Virus record (IMG/VR): IMGVR_UViG_3300034190_003093
Span: 62,001-126,000 of that record
Strand: one strand, 5' to 3'
DNA: 64,000 nucleotides
DNA from: an uncultured virus (IMG/VR IMGVR_UViG_3300034190_003093)
Lineage: Duplodnaviria > Heunggongvirae > Uroviricota > Caudoviricetes
This document shows, piece by piece, positions 8,558 through 19,233 of this stretch. The notes under the pieces are model-generated. The model saw nothing but the letters and a program-made list of their open reading frames with translations. It was not told the origin of the DNA and did no database searches. Each line of letters opens with the position of its first letter. Positions within the stretch are counted from its first letter, which is position 1. A program made the translations under genes and the position numbers.

Positions 8558-11218
8558 ATGAGTTATGTTGACGCTCTGTTTGACAGAGAAAAAGATCGCA
8601 TTCATGTGGTAGAACGTGTAGAGGGACAACGGATATACAAAGAGTATCCGGCTAACTATGTGTTCTATTATGAGGATCCACGAGGTAAACACAAAAGCAT
8701 TTACGGCAGTCCTGTGAGTAGAGTAGGTACCCGTAACAACAAAGAGTTCCGCAAGGAACTACGCATGCATTCGGGTAAAAACATCTTTGAAAGTGATATC
8801 AATCCAGTGTTTCGCTGTTTTGAAGAGAACTACAAAGATCAAGCTGCGCCTACACTGCAAGCTGCATTTTTCGATATCGAAGTTGACTTTGACCCAGAGC
8901 GTGGTTATAGTCCAACAAATGATCCGTTTAATGCAATTACTGCTATCTCTGTGTACTTACAATGGATGGAACAACTAGTTACGCTGGTTATTCCACCAAA
9001 AGGCATGAGCTGGGAAACCGCACAGGAAATATGCAACGAGTTTGAAAACACTATGTTGTTTGAACGAGAAGAAGAAATGCTGAAGGTGTTTCTTGATCTT
9101 ATTGAAGATGCAGATGTGCTTAGTGGATGGAACAGCGAAGGTTATGATATTCCGTACACTGTTAATCGAGTAAATCGCATACTCAGCAAGGATGACACAA
9201 GACGTTTTTGTTTGTGGGGACAACTTCCTAAGAAACGCATGTTTGAACGGTTTGGTGCAGAGAATGTTACGTTTGATCTCATTGGCAGAGTACACATGGA
9301 CTATATGCAATTGTATCGAAAGTACACATACGAAGAGCGTCACAGCTACAGTTTGGATGCAATTGGTGAACACGAGCTAGGTGAACGTAAAACTGCATAC
9401 GAAGGCACACTGGATCACTTGTACAACCAAAACTTTAAAACTTTTATCGAATACAACAGGCAGGATACATTGCTGTTGGACAAGTTGGATAAGAAACTAC
9501 GCTTTCTTGCACTTGCAAACGAACTAGCACACGCAAACACAGTGCTACTACAAACTACAATGGGTGCGGTTGCTGTTACTGAGCAAGCAATTATCAACGA
9601 AGCGCACGAGCAAGGCTTGGTTGTTCCCAATCGTCGTGAACGAGACTCAAGTGAGGATACTGCGGCAGCAGGTGCATATGTTGCTTATCCTAAGAAGGGT
9701 ATACACGAATGGATTGGTGCCATTGACATTAATAGTTTGTATCCTAGTGCTATTCGTGCACTAAACATGGGCAATGAAACAATCATTGGGCAGTTGCGTC
9801 CAACTATGACTGAACGCTATATCCAAAACAAAATTGACAAAAAAAGCAGTTTTGCTATGGCATGGGAAGGACTGTTCGGATCGTTGGAATACACTTCGGT
9901 TATGAACAAAGAGATCGGCAGCGAGATTACAATCGACTGGGAGAATGGCGAAGAAAGTGTGCACAGTGCAGCCGAGATTTGGAAGATCATATTTGACAGC
10001 AATCAACCTTGGATATTAAGTGCAAACGGTACTATCTTTTCATATGAAAAAGAAGGCGTTGTGCCCGGGCTGTTAGCACGTTGGTATAGAGAACGCCAGG
10101 AGATTCAAGCAAAACTTCGTGCATCAACTGATCCCGAGGAGCGTGAATTTTTAGATAAACGTCAGCTGGTGAAGAAGATTAATCTAAATAGTTTGTATGG
10201 TGCTATTCTCAATCCTGGATGTCGATTCTTTGACAAACGTATTGGACAAAGCACTACACTAACTGGTAGGGCTATTGCACATCATATGGACAGTTTTGTA
10301 AACGAATGTATCACAGGCAAATACGATCACACTGGACAAAGTGTTATCTATGGTGATACTGACAGTGTATACTTTAGCGCCTGGCCAGTGATCAAGAAAG
10401 ACGTCGAAGACGGCAGAATGGAATGGAACAAAGAAACTTGTATCCAGCTCTATGATGCTATTAGTGATCAGCTAAATGAAAGCTGGCCAGGATTTATGGA
10501 ACAAGCATTTCATGTGCCACGAGAAAATGGTGCAATTATCAAAGGCGGTCGTGAGAGTGTTGCTGATCGTGGATTGTTTATTACAAAGAAACGTTATGCA
10601 ATCAACATCTATGATGACGAAGGCAAGCGACTTGATGTAGAAGGCAAACAAGGCAAAATCAAAGCAATGGGATTAGACTTGAAACGCAGCGACACGCCAG
10701 TTGTAATTCAAAAGTTCTTGCTAACATTGTTAACCAGCGTACTCGGGGGTGCTGAGCGCACTGAAATTGTTGAGATGATCAAGAGCTTTAAGTATGACTT
10801 TAAAGAACGCCCTGCATGGGAAAAGGGTGCGCCCAAACGTGTTAACAATTTAACCAAGTACGCAGCAGAAGAAAAACGTTTAGGTCGTGCAAACATGCCC
10901 GGGCATGTTAGAGCAGCAATGAACTGGAACCAGATGAAAAAAATGAATGGCGACAACTATTCACAAAGTATCATCGACGGTATGAAAACTATTGTTTGTA
11001 AGCTAAAGGCAAATCCGCTTAATTGGACTAGCATTGGGTATCCAACAGATGAGCTGCACATCCCATCTTGGTTCAAAGAGCTGCCGTTTGACGATGCTGA
11101 AATGGAAGCGGCTGTTGTTGATAAGAAAATTGATAATTTGCTTAGTGTGCTAGATTGGAATCTAAAGCAAGACACCGACACTAGCAACACATTTAACAGT
11201 TTATTTGAGTTTGAATAA
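8558..11218 (+). CDS. Family B DNA polymerase (gp43-like)
   Basis: Exo DIE and YDIPY; DINSLYPS, KINLNSLYG, YGDTDS, KKRY motifs; no intein. Confidence 0.97.
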   Translation: MSYVDALFDREKDRIHVVERVEGQRIYKEYPANYVFYYEDPRGKHKSIYGSPVSRVGTRNNKEFRKELRMHSGKNIFESDINPVFRCFEENYKDQAAPTLQAAFFDIEVDFDPERGYSPTNDPFNAITAISVYLQWMEQLVTLVIPPKGMSWETAQEICNEFENTMLFEREEEMLKVFLDLIEDADVLSGWNSEGYDIPYTVNRVNRILSKDDTRRFCLWGQLPKKRMFERFGAENVTFDLIGRVHMDYMQLYRKYTYEERHSYSLDAIGEHELGERKTAYEGTLDHLYNQNFKTFIEYNRQDTLLLDKLDKKLRFLALANELAHANTVLLQTTMGAVAVTEQAIINEAHEQGLVVPNRRERDSSEDTAAAGAYVAYPKKGIHEWIGAIDINSLYPSAIRALNMGNETIIGQLRPTMTERYIQNKIDKKSSFAMAWEGLFGSLEYTSVMNKEIGSEITIDWENGEESVHSAAEIWKIIFDSNQPWILSANGTIFSYEKEGVVPGLLARWYRERQEIQAKLRASTDPEEREFLDKRQLVKKINLNSLYGAILNPGCRFFDKRIGQSTTLTGRAIAHHMDSFVNECITGKYDHTGQSVIYGDTDSVYFSAWPVIKKDVEDGRMEWNKETCIQLYDAISDQLNESWPGFMEQAFHVPRENGAIIKGGRESVADRGLFITKKRYAINIYDDEGKRLDVEGKQGKIKAMGLDLKRSDTPVVIQKFLLTLLTSVLGGAERTEIVEMIKSFKYDFKERPAWEKGAPKRVNNLTKYAAEEKRLGRANMPGHVRAAMNWNQMKKMNGDNYSQSIIDGMKTIVCKLKANPLNWTSIGYPTDELHIPSWFKELPFDDAEMEAAVVDKKIDNLLSVLDWNLKQDTDTSNTFNSLFEFE

Positions 11219-12189
11219 TGGATTTAGTCAACCTTGTTAACTATAAACATCTGTTAGACGAGTTAGATTTAACGGAATCAAGGCAAGCAATTGAAAAATT
11301 ATTGCAGAAGTTTAACAACGATCTAAATACATACGATATTGATGTTAATAATCTTAAGAGCAATATACTGGACCGACATAAAAATATAATTAGAGAATTA
11401 GACGCAGTATACCAGGATATTTCTAAGTTTAGGGTGTGTCTAGGCCAAGAGCTCGGTGAAATAGAAGGTCCGTGTTTGAATGAGAAAAGTGAAGAGATTT
11501 ACCAAGAAGGGTTAAGGGACGATGCTGACTATAAACTTGATCGAGATAGATTTAAAAATCTACTAGGTGATCCCGAAATTCGAGATTTTCTTGTAGGACG
11601 AATTACAAAGCATGTTAACTGGAAACATTCTGCATTGCAACTCGGCCCTAGACTAGGTGATGTAACTGATCATCTAGTAAGTTGTGATCCGTTGTACCTA
11701 GTTGATGATCATCAAGATATGTTTAAGGAAGTTAAAAAATTATGGAAGACTGATTATCAGCGCCGAGTACGATACTACACTGTCGATGAAACAAAAGATA
11801 GTGTGTTACATGACTTACCAACTGGGCAAATTGGGTTAGTTGTTGCAATTGATTACTTTAATTTTCGCCCTCTGAGGCTCATTGAACAGTATCTATCCGA
11901 TATTTTTTCTGTTTTACAGCCAGGAGGTACAGCCATTTTTACCTATAATAATTGTGATTATCCAATTGGTATTGACAATTTTAGAAATTCGTATTACACT
12001 TATACTCCGGGCCACTTGGTAAAAGCAGCGTGTACCCGATATGGATTTAATGTAGTAGCAAGCTTTGATATGAAGAAGAACGTAAGTTGGTTAGAAATAC
12101 AAAAACCAGGAATTAGAACTAGCATCAAAGGCGGGCAAAGCCTGGGCAAAATTAAACACTTAATACAACACACCGGAGAAAATAAATGA
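11218..12189 (+). CDS. Class I SAM-dependent methyltransferase-like protein
   Basis: ALQLGP and LQPGG..IFTY motifs after an N-terminal coiled coil. Confidence 0.55.
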   Translation: MDLVNLVNYKHLLDELDLTESRQAIEKLLQKFNNDLNTYDIDVNNLKSNILDRHKNIIRELDAVYQDISKFRVCLGQELGEIEGPCLNEKSEEIYQEGLRDDADYKLDRDRFKNLLGDPEIRDFLVGRITKHVNWKHSALQLGPRLGDVTDHLVSCDPLYLVDDHQDMFKEVKKLWKTDYQRRVRYYTVDETKDSVLHDLPTGQIGLVVAIDYFNFRPLRLIEQYLSDIFSVLQPGGTAIFTYNNCDYPIGIDNFRNSYYTYTPGHLVKAACTRYGFNVVASFDMKKNVSWLEIQKPGIRTSIKGGQSLGKIKHLIQHTGENK

Positions 12190-12917
12190 GAGATTATCTA
12201 CTAGACTTGGTTGAACACAGTCATGATTTGGGCTGTATCCAACTTATTAAAATTACAGGCAGCGATACTGAAACAACTATTACTGGCTTAGCAGAAGACA
12301 AGAGTGTTGTCTTAGATGCAAAGTATCACACACCTGTTGCTGAATTTATAGGTACATTTGGTATGCCCAACTTGGGTAAACTAAAGATACTGTTAAACAT
12401 TGCTGAATACAAGGAAAATGCTGAAATTACCGTAACTCGGCAAGATCGTAACGGCGAATCAGCACCAGTTGGTATGCATTTTAAAAATGCCGCAGGCGAC
12501 TTTAAAAACGATTATCGCTTCATGGTAAGTGAAATTGTTAACGAAAAACTTAAAAATGCTAAGATGAAAGACATTCCATGGAATGTTGAGTTTGAACCTA
12601 CATCTGCTAGTATTATGCGTTTAAAAATGATGGCACAAGCAAATGCTGAAGAATTGACTTTTCAGACTAAAACTGAAGATGGGCACTTGAAGTTCTTGTT
12701 TGGCGATCATAGCACACACGCTGGTGATTTTGTATTTCATCATGATGTAGAAGGCAACTTAACACGATCATGGAGTTGGCCAGTTGCGCAGTTTATTGCA
12801 ATTATGAATCTAACTGGCGATAAAACTGTACGCATTTCAGATGGCGGCGCTGCTAAAATTACAGTTGATAGTGGGTTGGCAGTTTACAACTACATTCTAC
12901 CAGCACAAAGCAAGTAA
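12186..12917 (+). CDS. Probable sliding clamp (gp45-like)
   Basis: 243 aa, near polymerase; FG.PNL..L and terminal Y.Y.LPA pattern. Confidence 0.6.
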   Translation: MRDYLLDLVEHSHDLGCIQLIKITGSDTETTITGLAEDKSVVLDAKYHTPVAEFIGTFGMPNLGKLKILLNIAEYKENAEITVTRQDRNGESAPVGMHFKNAAGDFKNDYRFMVSEIVNEKLKNAKMKDIPWNVEFEPTSASIMRLKMMAQANAEELTFQTKTEDGHLKFLFGDHSTHAGDFVFHHDVEGNLTRSWSWPVAQFIAIMNLTGDKTVRISDGGAAKITVDSGLAVYNYILPAQSK

Positions 12918-13387
12918 TGAATTGGGGAGTAGTATTCATTGATTGCTGGGCAGCGAATTCTAAAGTAGACGGAATGCGTAACGAAACTGCAACAAGGCAG
13001 TTTTATACACGGGTTGTTGAACAATTAAACAATTTAACTATTGTGAGTAAAATCTGCTGCGGAAAGACTGAATCTGATCCTATAGATGCAATAATTGAAG
13101 AAACGTTTGACAATGATACTATCTATCTAAATAGTACCAGCGAGTTCTTGTCGCACCAACATAAAACAAACAATTGGATTATAGTTGGTGCGGCATGGAA
13201 CATCTGTATACATTATGGTCCAATGGGTGTTACTAAATTAAAGCACCTTGAAGATCATAATTTTTATATTTTTCCCGAATGGGGAATAGTCACTGAGGAT
13301 CAACAGTATGTTACTGTGGATGCTATAATAAACGATCATTGTCAATGGGCACTAATCAGTCCTGGATGCTATAAACTTGAAGGCTAA
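12917..13387 (+). CDS. Hypothetical protein, weak cysteine-hydrolase-like pattern
   Basis: VFIDCW...IVGAAWNIC. Confidence 0.35.
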   Translation: MNWGVVFIDCWAANSKVDGMRNETATRQFYTRVVEQLNNLTIVSKICCGKTESDPIDAIIEETFDNDTIYLNSTSEFLSHQHKTNNWIIVGAAWNICIHYGPMGVTKLKHLEDHNFYIFPEWGIVTEDQQYVTVDAIINDHCQWALISPGCYKLEG

Positions 13388-13389
13388 AA

Positions 13390-14913
13390 ATGCTAAAACA
13401 AGATAACCTAACACAAAAACAAAATGATTATGCAATATTTTTGCCTGCTATTAGCAGTTTTTATGCTGGATATATTGGCAAAGAACGATACCCAGATGAA
13501 TCAAAAAGCATAATCGGTGATCGATTGCCTAAAGGTATCCCTAATATGGAAAGCTTAAACTGGCTTAACAGCAAAGAAGGGTTGTTTCCATACAAATATA
13601 GTTTGTATAGTGCTGGGCATGCTGACATGGATCTATCAAAGCATGTGCCAAAAGAAGACATGGTTCGTAATAGAGAAGCAGACACTATCATGCTAGCCGA
13701 CAGCGGCGGGTTCCAGATTGCCAAAGGTGTGTGGCCCGGTGAATGGGCTAATCCCAAAGACAAAAATGCAGAAAAGAAACGTGAGCAAGTTATTGCATGG
13801 CAACACGGAATTGCTACACATGGCATGACTATGGATATTCCAACATGGACTTACTTGGATAAAAAAGCAAGTGCACTGTGCGGGATTCATAGTTATGATG
13901 ATGCAGTAACAGCTACACACTTTAACAACGAATTTTGGATGGCAAATCGCGGTGGCGACCTAAAGGTGTTAAACGTGCTGCAAGGATCAAATCACCAGGA
14001 AGCAGATCATTGGTATGACAAAATGAAAGGCTTTTGCAGTGACAAGATGGATCGACCATTCAACGGCTGGGCAATGGGCGGGCAAAACATGTGTGATGTG
14101 CATCTAGTTCTAAAACGTTTGGTTACACTTATACACGAAGGTTTGCTTGAAAAAGGGCAGCATGACTGGATGCACTTCCTGGGAACAAGCAAGCTAGAGT
14201 GGGCGTGTTTGCTTACTGATATTCAACGCAGCGTAAGACGTCATGCAAATGCAAACTTCACTATCAGCTTTGACTGTGCAAGCCCATTTCTTGCTACAGC
14301 AAACGGGCAAGTATACAATAGTATTCGAATTGAAGATCGTGGCAAGTGGAGTTACCAAATGGAACCCACAATTGATAACAAAAAATATGCAGGCGACACA
14401 ACACCATTCCGAGATGCAGTACTCAAGGACGGTGTGCACAAACTTTTTGAAAACAGTCCTATTACAGAACGTATGACCATCGGGGATATATGCCATTATG
14501 CCCCAGGTATGCTAAACAAAATTGGCAAAGAAGGAAAAACTTCATGGGATAGTTTTTCGTATGCATTGCTTATGGGGCACAATGTATGGATGCACATCGA
14601 ATCGGTGCAACGTGCCAACAGAGAATACGATGCTGGAGTTATTCCTGCCATGTTAGTACAAGAAACATTTGATAGAATATTGTTCCGCGATGTAGTCGAA
14701 CGTGTATTTGCAGCAAAAGACTTTAATAAAAGTATGAGCATCATCAATGAATACAGCAAATTTTGGGATAGTGTCAAAGGTACGAGAGGATTTACCGGAA
14801 AGCGTATTGTTAATGCAGCAACACAGTTTAATAGTTTGTTTGAAGTAGAAGAGCCAGAACAAGAAATAGATTTAGATCAAAATGCTCTAGATTTACTTGA
14901 CAGCATGGTATAG
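13390..14913 (+). CDS. TGT-family guanine transglycosylase-like protein (DpdA-like)
   Basis: DSGGFQ, MDIP, VLQG, HFLG, SFD motifs; no CxCxxC Zn site; clustered with folE/queD/queE. Confidence 0.75.
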   Translation: MLKQDNLTQKQNDYAIFLPAISSFYAGYIGKERYPDESKSIIGDRLPKGIPNMESLNWLNSKEGLFPYKYSLYSAGHADMDLSKHVPKEDMVRNREADTIMLADSGGFQIAKGVWPGEWANPKDKNAEKKREQVIAWQHGIATHGMTMDIPTWTYLDKKASALCGIHSYDDAVTATHFNNEFWMANRGGDLKVLNVLQGSNHQEADHWYDKMKGFCSDKMDRPFNGWAMGGQNMCDVHLVLKRLVTLIHEGLLEKGQHDWMHFLGTSKLEWACLLTDIQRSVRRHANANFTISFDCASPFLATANGQVYNSIRIEDRGKWSYQMEPTIDNKKYAGDTTPFRDAVLKDGVHKLFENSPITERMTIGDICHYAPGMLNKIGKEGKTSWDSFSYALLMGHNVWMHIESVQRANREYDAGVIPAMLVQETFDRILFRDVVERVFAAKDFNKSMSIINEYSKFWDSVKGTRGFTGKRIVNAATQFNSLFEVEEPEQEIDLDQNALDLLDSMV

Positions 14914-14955
14914 TTAGTGTATAATAAGTTTAATGTAGGAAGGAATTATTTAGTA

Positions 14956-15144
14956 ATGGCAACTCCAGAAACACGCTACGAATTCTTAGTCAAAGAACAC
15001 AAACGATTACACGACATGATCTCGTACCTTGAGAGTGATAGCACCTCTGTTGAAACTATTACCAGTATCAAGAAGAAAAAACTTGCAGTAAAAGACGAAA
15101 TGACAAAACTAAAAACACAGTTAGGAATCGAAGATGGATCGTGA
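14956..15144 (+). CDS. DUF465/YdcH-like coiled-coil protein
   Basis: H..L...I...KKKKL..KDE pattern. Confidence 0.55.
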   Translation: MATPETRYEFLVKEHKRLHDMISYLESDSTSVETITSIKKKKLAVKDEMTKLKTQLGIEDGS

Positions 15145-15640
15145 AGGACATGACGGTGTTAACTACTTTGTTGGAACCGAAGTAGAACGTACACCGGCCT
15201 ATGGATTAAAAACCTTGTTTGTAGTAGGTGTCCAGCCGGTTGATAGCATACTAGCCAAATATAAAGCTAACAACTGCCAGCATATCTTCTTTGGAGCTAA
15301 TCATAGTTATAATCCTCAAACAGCAGATGAGTTTGAAGCGTGGGAACAAATGCTAGTGCCTTTGCTAAAAAAGGATGTAATATGTAGTTTAGATATTCCA
15401 AGTAACATTAACTTAGAATGGTGTTTAGAAGGCGGTATGGTCGAATACGATAACTTCATTCCACAAATACGTGTATCTATTCCATATGTATCACAATGGG
15501 GATATAACGCAATGGTCAAAGTTGATGACATTGATTTCAATGAATCAAATCCAGGAGTGTGGTGCCATAGTTTGCACAACTTAATGGATAGAGAAAAATT
15601 CACTCCCTGGAGTGCTTACACACAAGATAAGGTAGTATAA
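15134..15640 (+). CDS. Hypothetical protein in the deazaguanine cluster
   Basis: Translationally coupled to the DpdL-like gene; no motif recognised. Confidence 0.6.
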   Translation: MDREGHDGVNYFVGTEVERTPAYGLKTLFVVGVQPVDSILAKYKANNCQHIFFGANHSYNPQTADEFEAWEQMLVPLLKKDVICSLDIPSNINLEWCLEGGMVEYDNFIPQIRVSIPYVSQWGYNAMVKVDDIDFNESNPGVWCHSLHNLMDREKFTPWSAYTQDKVV

Positions 15641-16059
15641 TGAATCAAGATGAACGCACCGTGATTGATGCAACGATGCAATCTGCACGTCGGCAAATTT
15701 GGGTAACCTTTCAAAAGGAAGGCATACACAAGTATCCAGCAGCATTAACTGATCCTAAATTAGCAACAGGCGATTGGGACGATGTATCGTTTCTAGGACA
15801 TCCGCACAGGCATATGTTTCATTTTCGTGTGGGAATTGATGTATTCCACAATGACAGAGACATCGAGTTTATTCAGTTTTCACGTTGGTTGCAAAAACTG
15901 TTTGGCGATGGAATTTTGTCACTGGATTACAAAAGTTGCGAAATGATTGCAGACGATATCTATCTTAATGTAGCTGGCAAATACCCAGGGCGAAATGTTG
16001 TCATTGAAGTTAGCGAGGATGGCGAAAACGGATGTACTATAAATTATAATAATTCATAA
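15640..16059 (+). CDS. QueD-like T-fold protein with LxxxHRHxF motif (DpdL-like)
   Basis: LGHPHRHMF replaces QueD CxxxHGH; SCE and VSEDGENG T-fold motifs. Confidence 0.75.
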   Translation: MNQDERTVIDATMQSARRQIWVTFQKEGIHKYPAALTDPKLATGDWDDVSFLGHPHRHMFHFRVGIDVFHNDRDIEFIQFSRWLQKLFGDGILSLDYKSCEMIADDIYLNVAGKYPGRNVVIEVSEDGENGCTINYNNS

Positions 16060-16139
16060 CACAAAAAAACAGTGTATAAATATATTTGTAGGCAAAAAAT
16101 TGACTACACTTATTTTAACTAGTCATCAAGGAATATACA

Positions 16140-16418
16140 ATGGCTACCTATAAAAATTCTCGAACAACCCAAGTGTGGAACGACCTCGAGTCATACATTT
16201 CATTCTGTCGCGATTATGGATATCGATATAATCCCGAAGATCTTTATAATAATAAAAAATATCCATATCAGCAATACCGTAAATTCCAAGCTGGAAAAAA
16301 CTGTAAAAATATGTGGGAAGAAGATGCCAAGCGTTTTGCAGGGCATAGTCCTCGCCGTTCAAATGACAATCGAAGCAACTCTAATCAAAGCCGTACTCCT
16401 TATAACGGCCGGAGATAA
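16140..16418 (+). CDS. Hypothetical protein
   Basis: AAGGA RBS; TATAAATA late promoter near 16076. Confidence 0.6.
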   Translation: MATYKNSRTTQVWNDLESYISFCRDYGYRYNPEDLYNNKKYPYQQYRKFQAGKNCKNMWEEDAKRFAGHSPRRSNDNRSNSNQSRTPYNGRR

Positions 16419-16421
16419 ACT

Positions 16422-17615
16422 ATGCGTAAACTCTTCTACATGGGCCTCGAAAGCTACGAGGCACGTTACACCCTTCAATTAACTGACTGGAACAAACGTG
16501 TCTTCGACCGTAGAGGACTTGATGTTGTTTATGTTCCAGGTGAAACAATTGATGATACACAAAGTATTAGCGTAGGGCAAGTGCTTGATGCACACGGACG
16601 CAGTTATTTTGGTATGAGTCAGATTATGAACCTAGTGCAAATGATGCGCAACGGAGAATGCACCGGCGAAGATGCAGTTTATTTTGAAGACATGTTTCAA
16701 CCAGGCATCGAAAGTCTTCCATACATCATGGACCAGATTCCAGCGGATCAACGTCCAAAAGTGTTTGTTCGATGCCTAGCACAAGCAATTGACCCTGATG
16801 ATTTTGTTCATGTTTGGGGCATGGCAAAGTGGATGGGATTGTACGAAAAGATGGTTTGCGAGTTTGCAACAGTGCTGGCTACCAATGAAGAAATGGTAGC
16901 ACACATGAAAATTGCAGGCTGGGAAGCACCTATCTACAATGTATCTGGGCTTGCATTTGGCAAACAAGAGGTGCAAGAACGTGTAGGAGAAGCAATAAAA
17001 CCTTTCTATGAACGTGCTAATCGAATTGTATTTACAGCACGATTTGATCAAGAAAAGCAACCTGACTTCTTTATGGATCTAGTAGAACGATATAGCGAGA
17101 TTTATCCAGGTAAGCAAACATTTGCTATTCTGCAAGGCGGTCCATTGCGATCGAACAATCCAGATTATATAACCCGTGCTAGAAAATTACAAGACCAAGG
17201 CATCTTAGAGATTCACGAAAATCTTAAAAAGGATGAGTATTATAAGATTGTTAACGACAGTCGTGTGCTGTTTAACTGTGCGTTACAAGACTGGGTATCC
17301 AACACAGTAAGCGAAGCAGACACACTAGGATGTAATGTGTTGTTTCCAGCATATAGAAGCTTTCCGGAAACATTTGCAAACGATCCTGATAGACTGTATG
17401 TTCCGTGGAGTATTGATGATGCTGAAAACAAACTAACTAACCTATTGCGTGAGCCGCATCACAACATGGGATTAATTAGCGACTGGACTGATGGCACAAT
17501 TGACCGAATTGTGGATATTATGGAAGGCAATGGCGAAGAATGGCTACGTACCGGCAATCGTTATAGAGACCATGTAGCTAGTGCAAAGTATGCAGTAAAA
17601 AAGATCGAGTCATGA
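16422..17615 (+). CDS. GT-B (GT4-like) glycosyltransferase, possibly DNA-modifying
   Basis: ARFDQEK and EA..LGC...P....FPE C-terminal GT-B motifs. Confidence 0.75.
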   Translation: MRKLFYMGLESYEARYTLQLTDWNKRVFDRRGLDVVYVPGETIDDTQSISVGQVLDAHGRSYFGMSQIMNLVQMMRNGECTGEDAVYFEDMFQPGIESLPYIMDQIPADQRPKVFVRCLAQAIDPDDFVHVWGMAKWMGLYEKMVCEFATVLATNEEMVAHMKIAGWEAPIYNVSGLAFGKQEVQERVGEAIKPFYERANRIVFTARFDQEKQPDFFMDLVERYSEIYPGKQTFAILQGGPLRSNNPDYITRARKLQDQGILEIHENLKKDEYYKIVNDSRVLFNCALQDWVSNTVSEADTLGCNVLFPAYRSFPETFANDPDRLYVPWSIDDAENKLTNLLREPHHNMGLISDWTDGTIDRIVDIMEGNGEEWLRTGNRYRDHVASAKYAVKKIES

Positions 17616-18577
17616 GTAAAACAGTAATTATTACTGGAGCTGCTGGATACATCGGTGGGCAAACAGCAATCTATTTCAAAGAACAAGGGTGGACAGTTGT
17701 TGGCATAGATCGCCGGCCGTTGAGTTCGCACCTTGTACAATGGTATGACTCATACTACGAAGAATCATATGCAACGCCTTCTGGTTTAGAATGTTTTAGT
17801 TTCCATTGCCCAGATGCTATTGTGCATTGTGCAGGATCAAGTTTAGTTGGGCCCAGTCTTATGGATCCAAAGACATACTATGACAACAACTTTATTGCTA
17901 CTAAAACGTTGTTGGATTATATGGTAGAACGCAAAATTCACAGCAAGTTTATTTTTTCAAGTAGTGCTGCGGTGTATGGAAATCCAATTGCAACACCTAT
18001 ACATGAAGACGACCCCAAGTTTCCAATCTCTCCTTATGGCATGAGCAAATACATGGTAGAGCAACTGTTGGAAACATATAGTCATGCATATGGCATTAAC
18101 TATGTTGGATTTCGTTACTTTAATGCTGCTGGTGCAGACCCACTTGGGCGGCACGGGCAAGAAAAGTCAGCTACACACATCATTGCACGAGTAATGGAAG
18201 CTATTAGAGATAATCAGGTGTTTACACTCAATGGTGTAGGATTGCCAACAGATGACGGAACTTGTGTGCGTGATTATGTACATGTTGCAGACATTGCCAA
18301 AGCGCACTATTATGCAACAGAACATCGAGTAACAGCTGGATTTTACAATCTATCAACCGGACTTGGTGCTAGCAATCTAGAAATTATCAACAAATGTTGT
18401 GTAGTATCTAACAGCAAGCCCCGTGAGATAATCGAAGGACCTATGCGTGACGGTGATCCTAACATATTAGTTGCTGACAACAAAAAGTTTTTTGAAGTAG
18501 CAAATTGGCAAAATGAATATCATACTGATGATATTGTTGAACATGCATGGAAGTGGTATACACGTGAGCTTCACTAA
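17612..18577 (+). CDS. galE: UDP-glucose 4-epimerase
   Basis: TGAAGYIG, SSSAAVYG, YGMSK, RYFNAAG, DGTCVRDYVHV. Confidence 0.9.
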   Translation: MSKTVIITGAAGYIGGQTAIYFKEQGWTVVGIDRRPLSSHLVQWYDSYYEESYATPSGLECFSFHCPDAIVHCAGSSLVGPSLMDPKTYYDNNFIATKTLLDYMVERKIHSKFIFSSSAAVYGNPIATPIHEDDPKFPISPYGMSKYMVEQLLETYSHAYGINYVGFRYFNAAGADPLGRHGQEKSATHIIARVMEAIRDNQVFTLNGVGLPTDDGTCVRDYVHVADIAKAHYYATEHRVTAGFYNLSTGLGASNLEIINKCCVVSNSKPREIIEGPMRDGDPNILVADNKKFFEVANWQNEYHTDDIVEHAWKWYTRELH

Positions 18578-19160
18578 GTTTACTGAATTCGAACAAGCAC
18601 TAAGCAAATTCACTGGCGCTCCTTATGTTGTATTAACAGATTGCTGCACACATGCAATTGAATTGTGTTTGAGACGGCAACAAAGGTTCCTACTAAGATG
18701 TAGAATTCCTACAAGAACTTATCTCAGTGTGCCAATGATATTTCATAAACTTGCAATACCATACTCAATGGACGAATATGATTGGGAAGGGGAATATAAA
18801 ATTTCTCCAACAAATATTTGGGACAGTGCAAGACGCTTTGAGCGTGATATGTACCGTCCAGGACAACAACAGTGTTTGAGCTTTGGTTACAGCAAAACAC
18901 TGGAAATAGGACATGGTGGCGCAATCTTGTTGGACAACGAAGAAGAATATCATTGGCTGAAACGTGCTAGTTACGATGGCAGAGATTTAAGTATAAGTCC
19001 TTGGCAAGACCAAATTAACTTTCAAGTTGGATACCATTATCGTCCTACCATTGAAGATTGTGTTAAAGGATTAGAAATGCTTGCCGCAAATCAACTCAAA
19101 GACCCAGATACACAAAAAGTAACTTATCCAGATCTCACTAAAATAAAAATTACCGACTAA
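18564..19160 (+). CDS. Short DegT/DnrJ-like PLP-dependent protein
   Basis: DCCTHAI, WDSA, SFGYSK..GHGG; GTG start overlapping galE. Confidence 0.7.
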   Translation: MSFTKFTEFEQALSKFTGAPYVVLTDCCTHAIELCLRRQQRFLLRCRIPTRTYLSVPMIFHKLAIPYSMDEYDWEGEYKISPTNIWDSARRFERDMYRPGQQQCLSFGYSKTLEIGHGGAILLDNEEEYHWLKRASYDGRDLSISPWQDQINFQVGYHYRPTIEDCVKGLEMLAANQLKDPDTQKVTYPDLTKIKITD

Positions 19161-19161
19161 G

Positions 19162-19190
19162 TTGACATCTGTCTAAATATACATTACAAT
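19162..19190 (+). promoter_or_regulatory. Sigma70-type early promoter
   Basis: TTGACA-17nt-TACAAT. Confidence 0.75.
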
Positions 19191-19233
19191 ATAAACAATT
19201 GTGGTCATCCACGACCCTAACTCGGAGAAACAA

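Noticed and set aside
8558..11218. Intein or intron in the DNA polymerase
   Set aside because: All motifs lie in one continuous 886-aa ORF with no insertion
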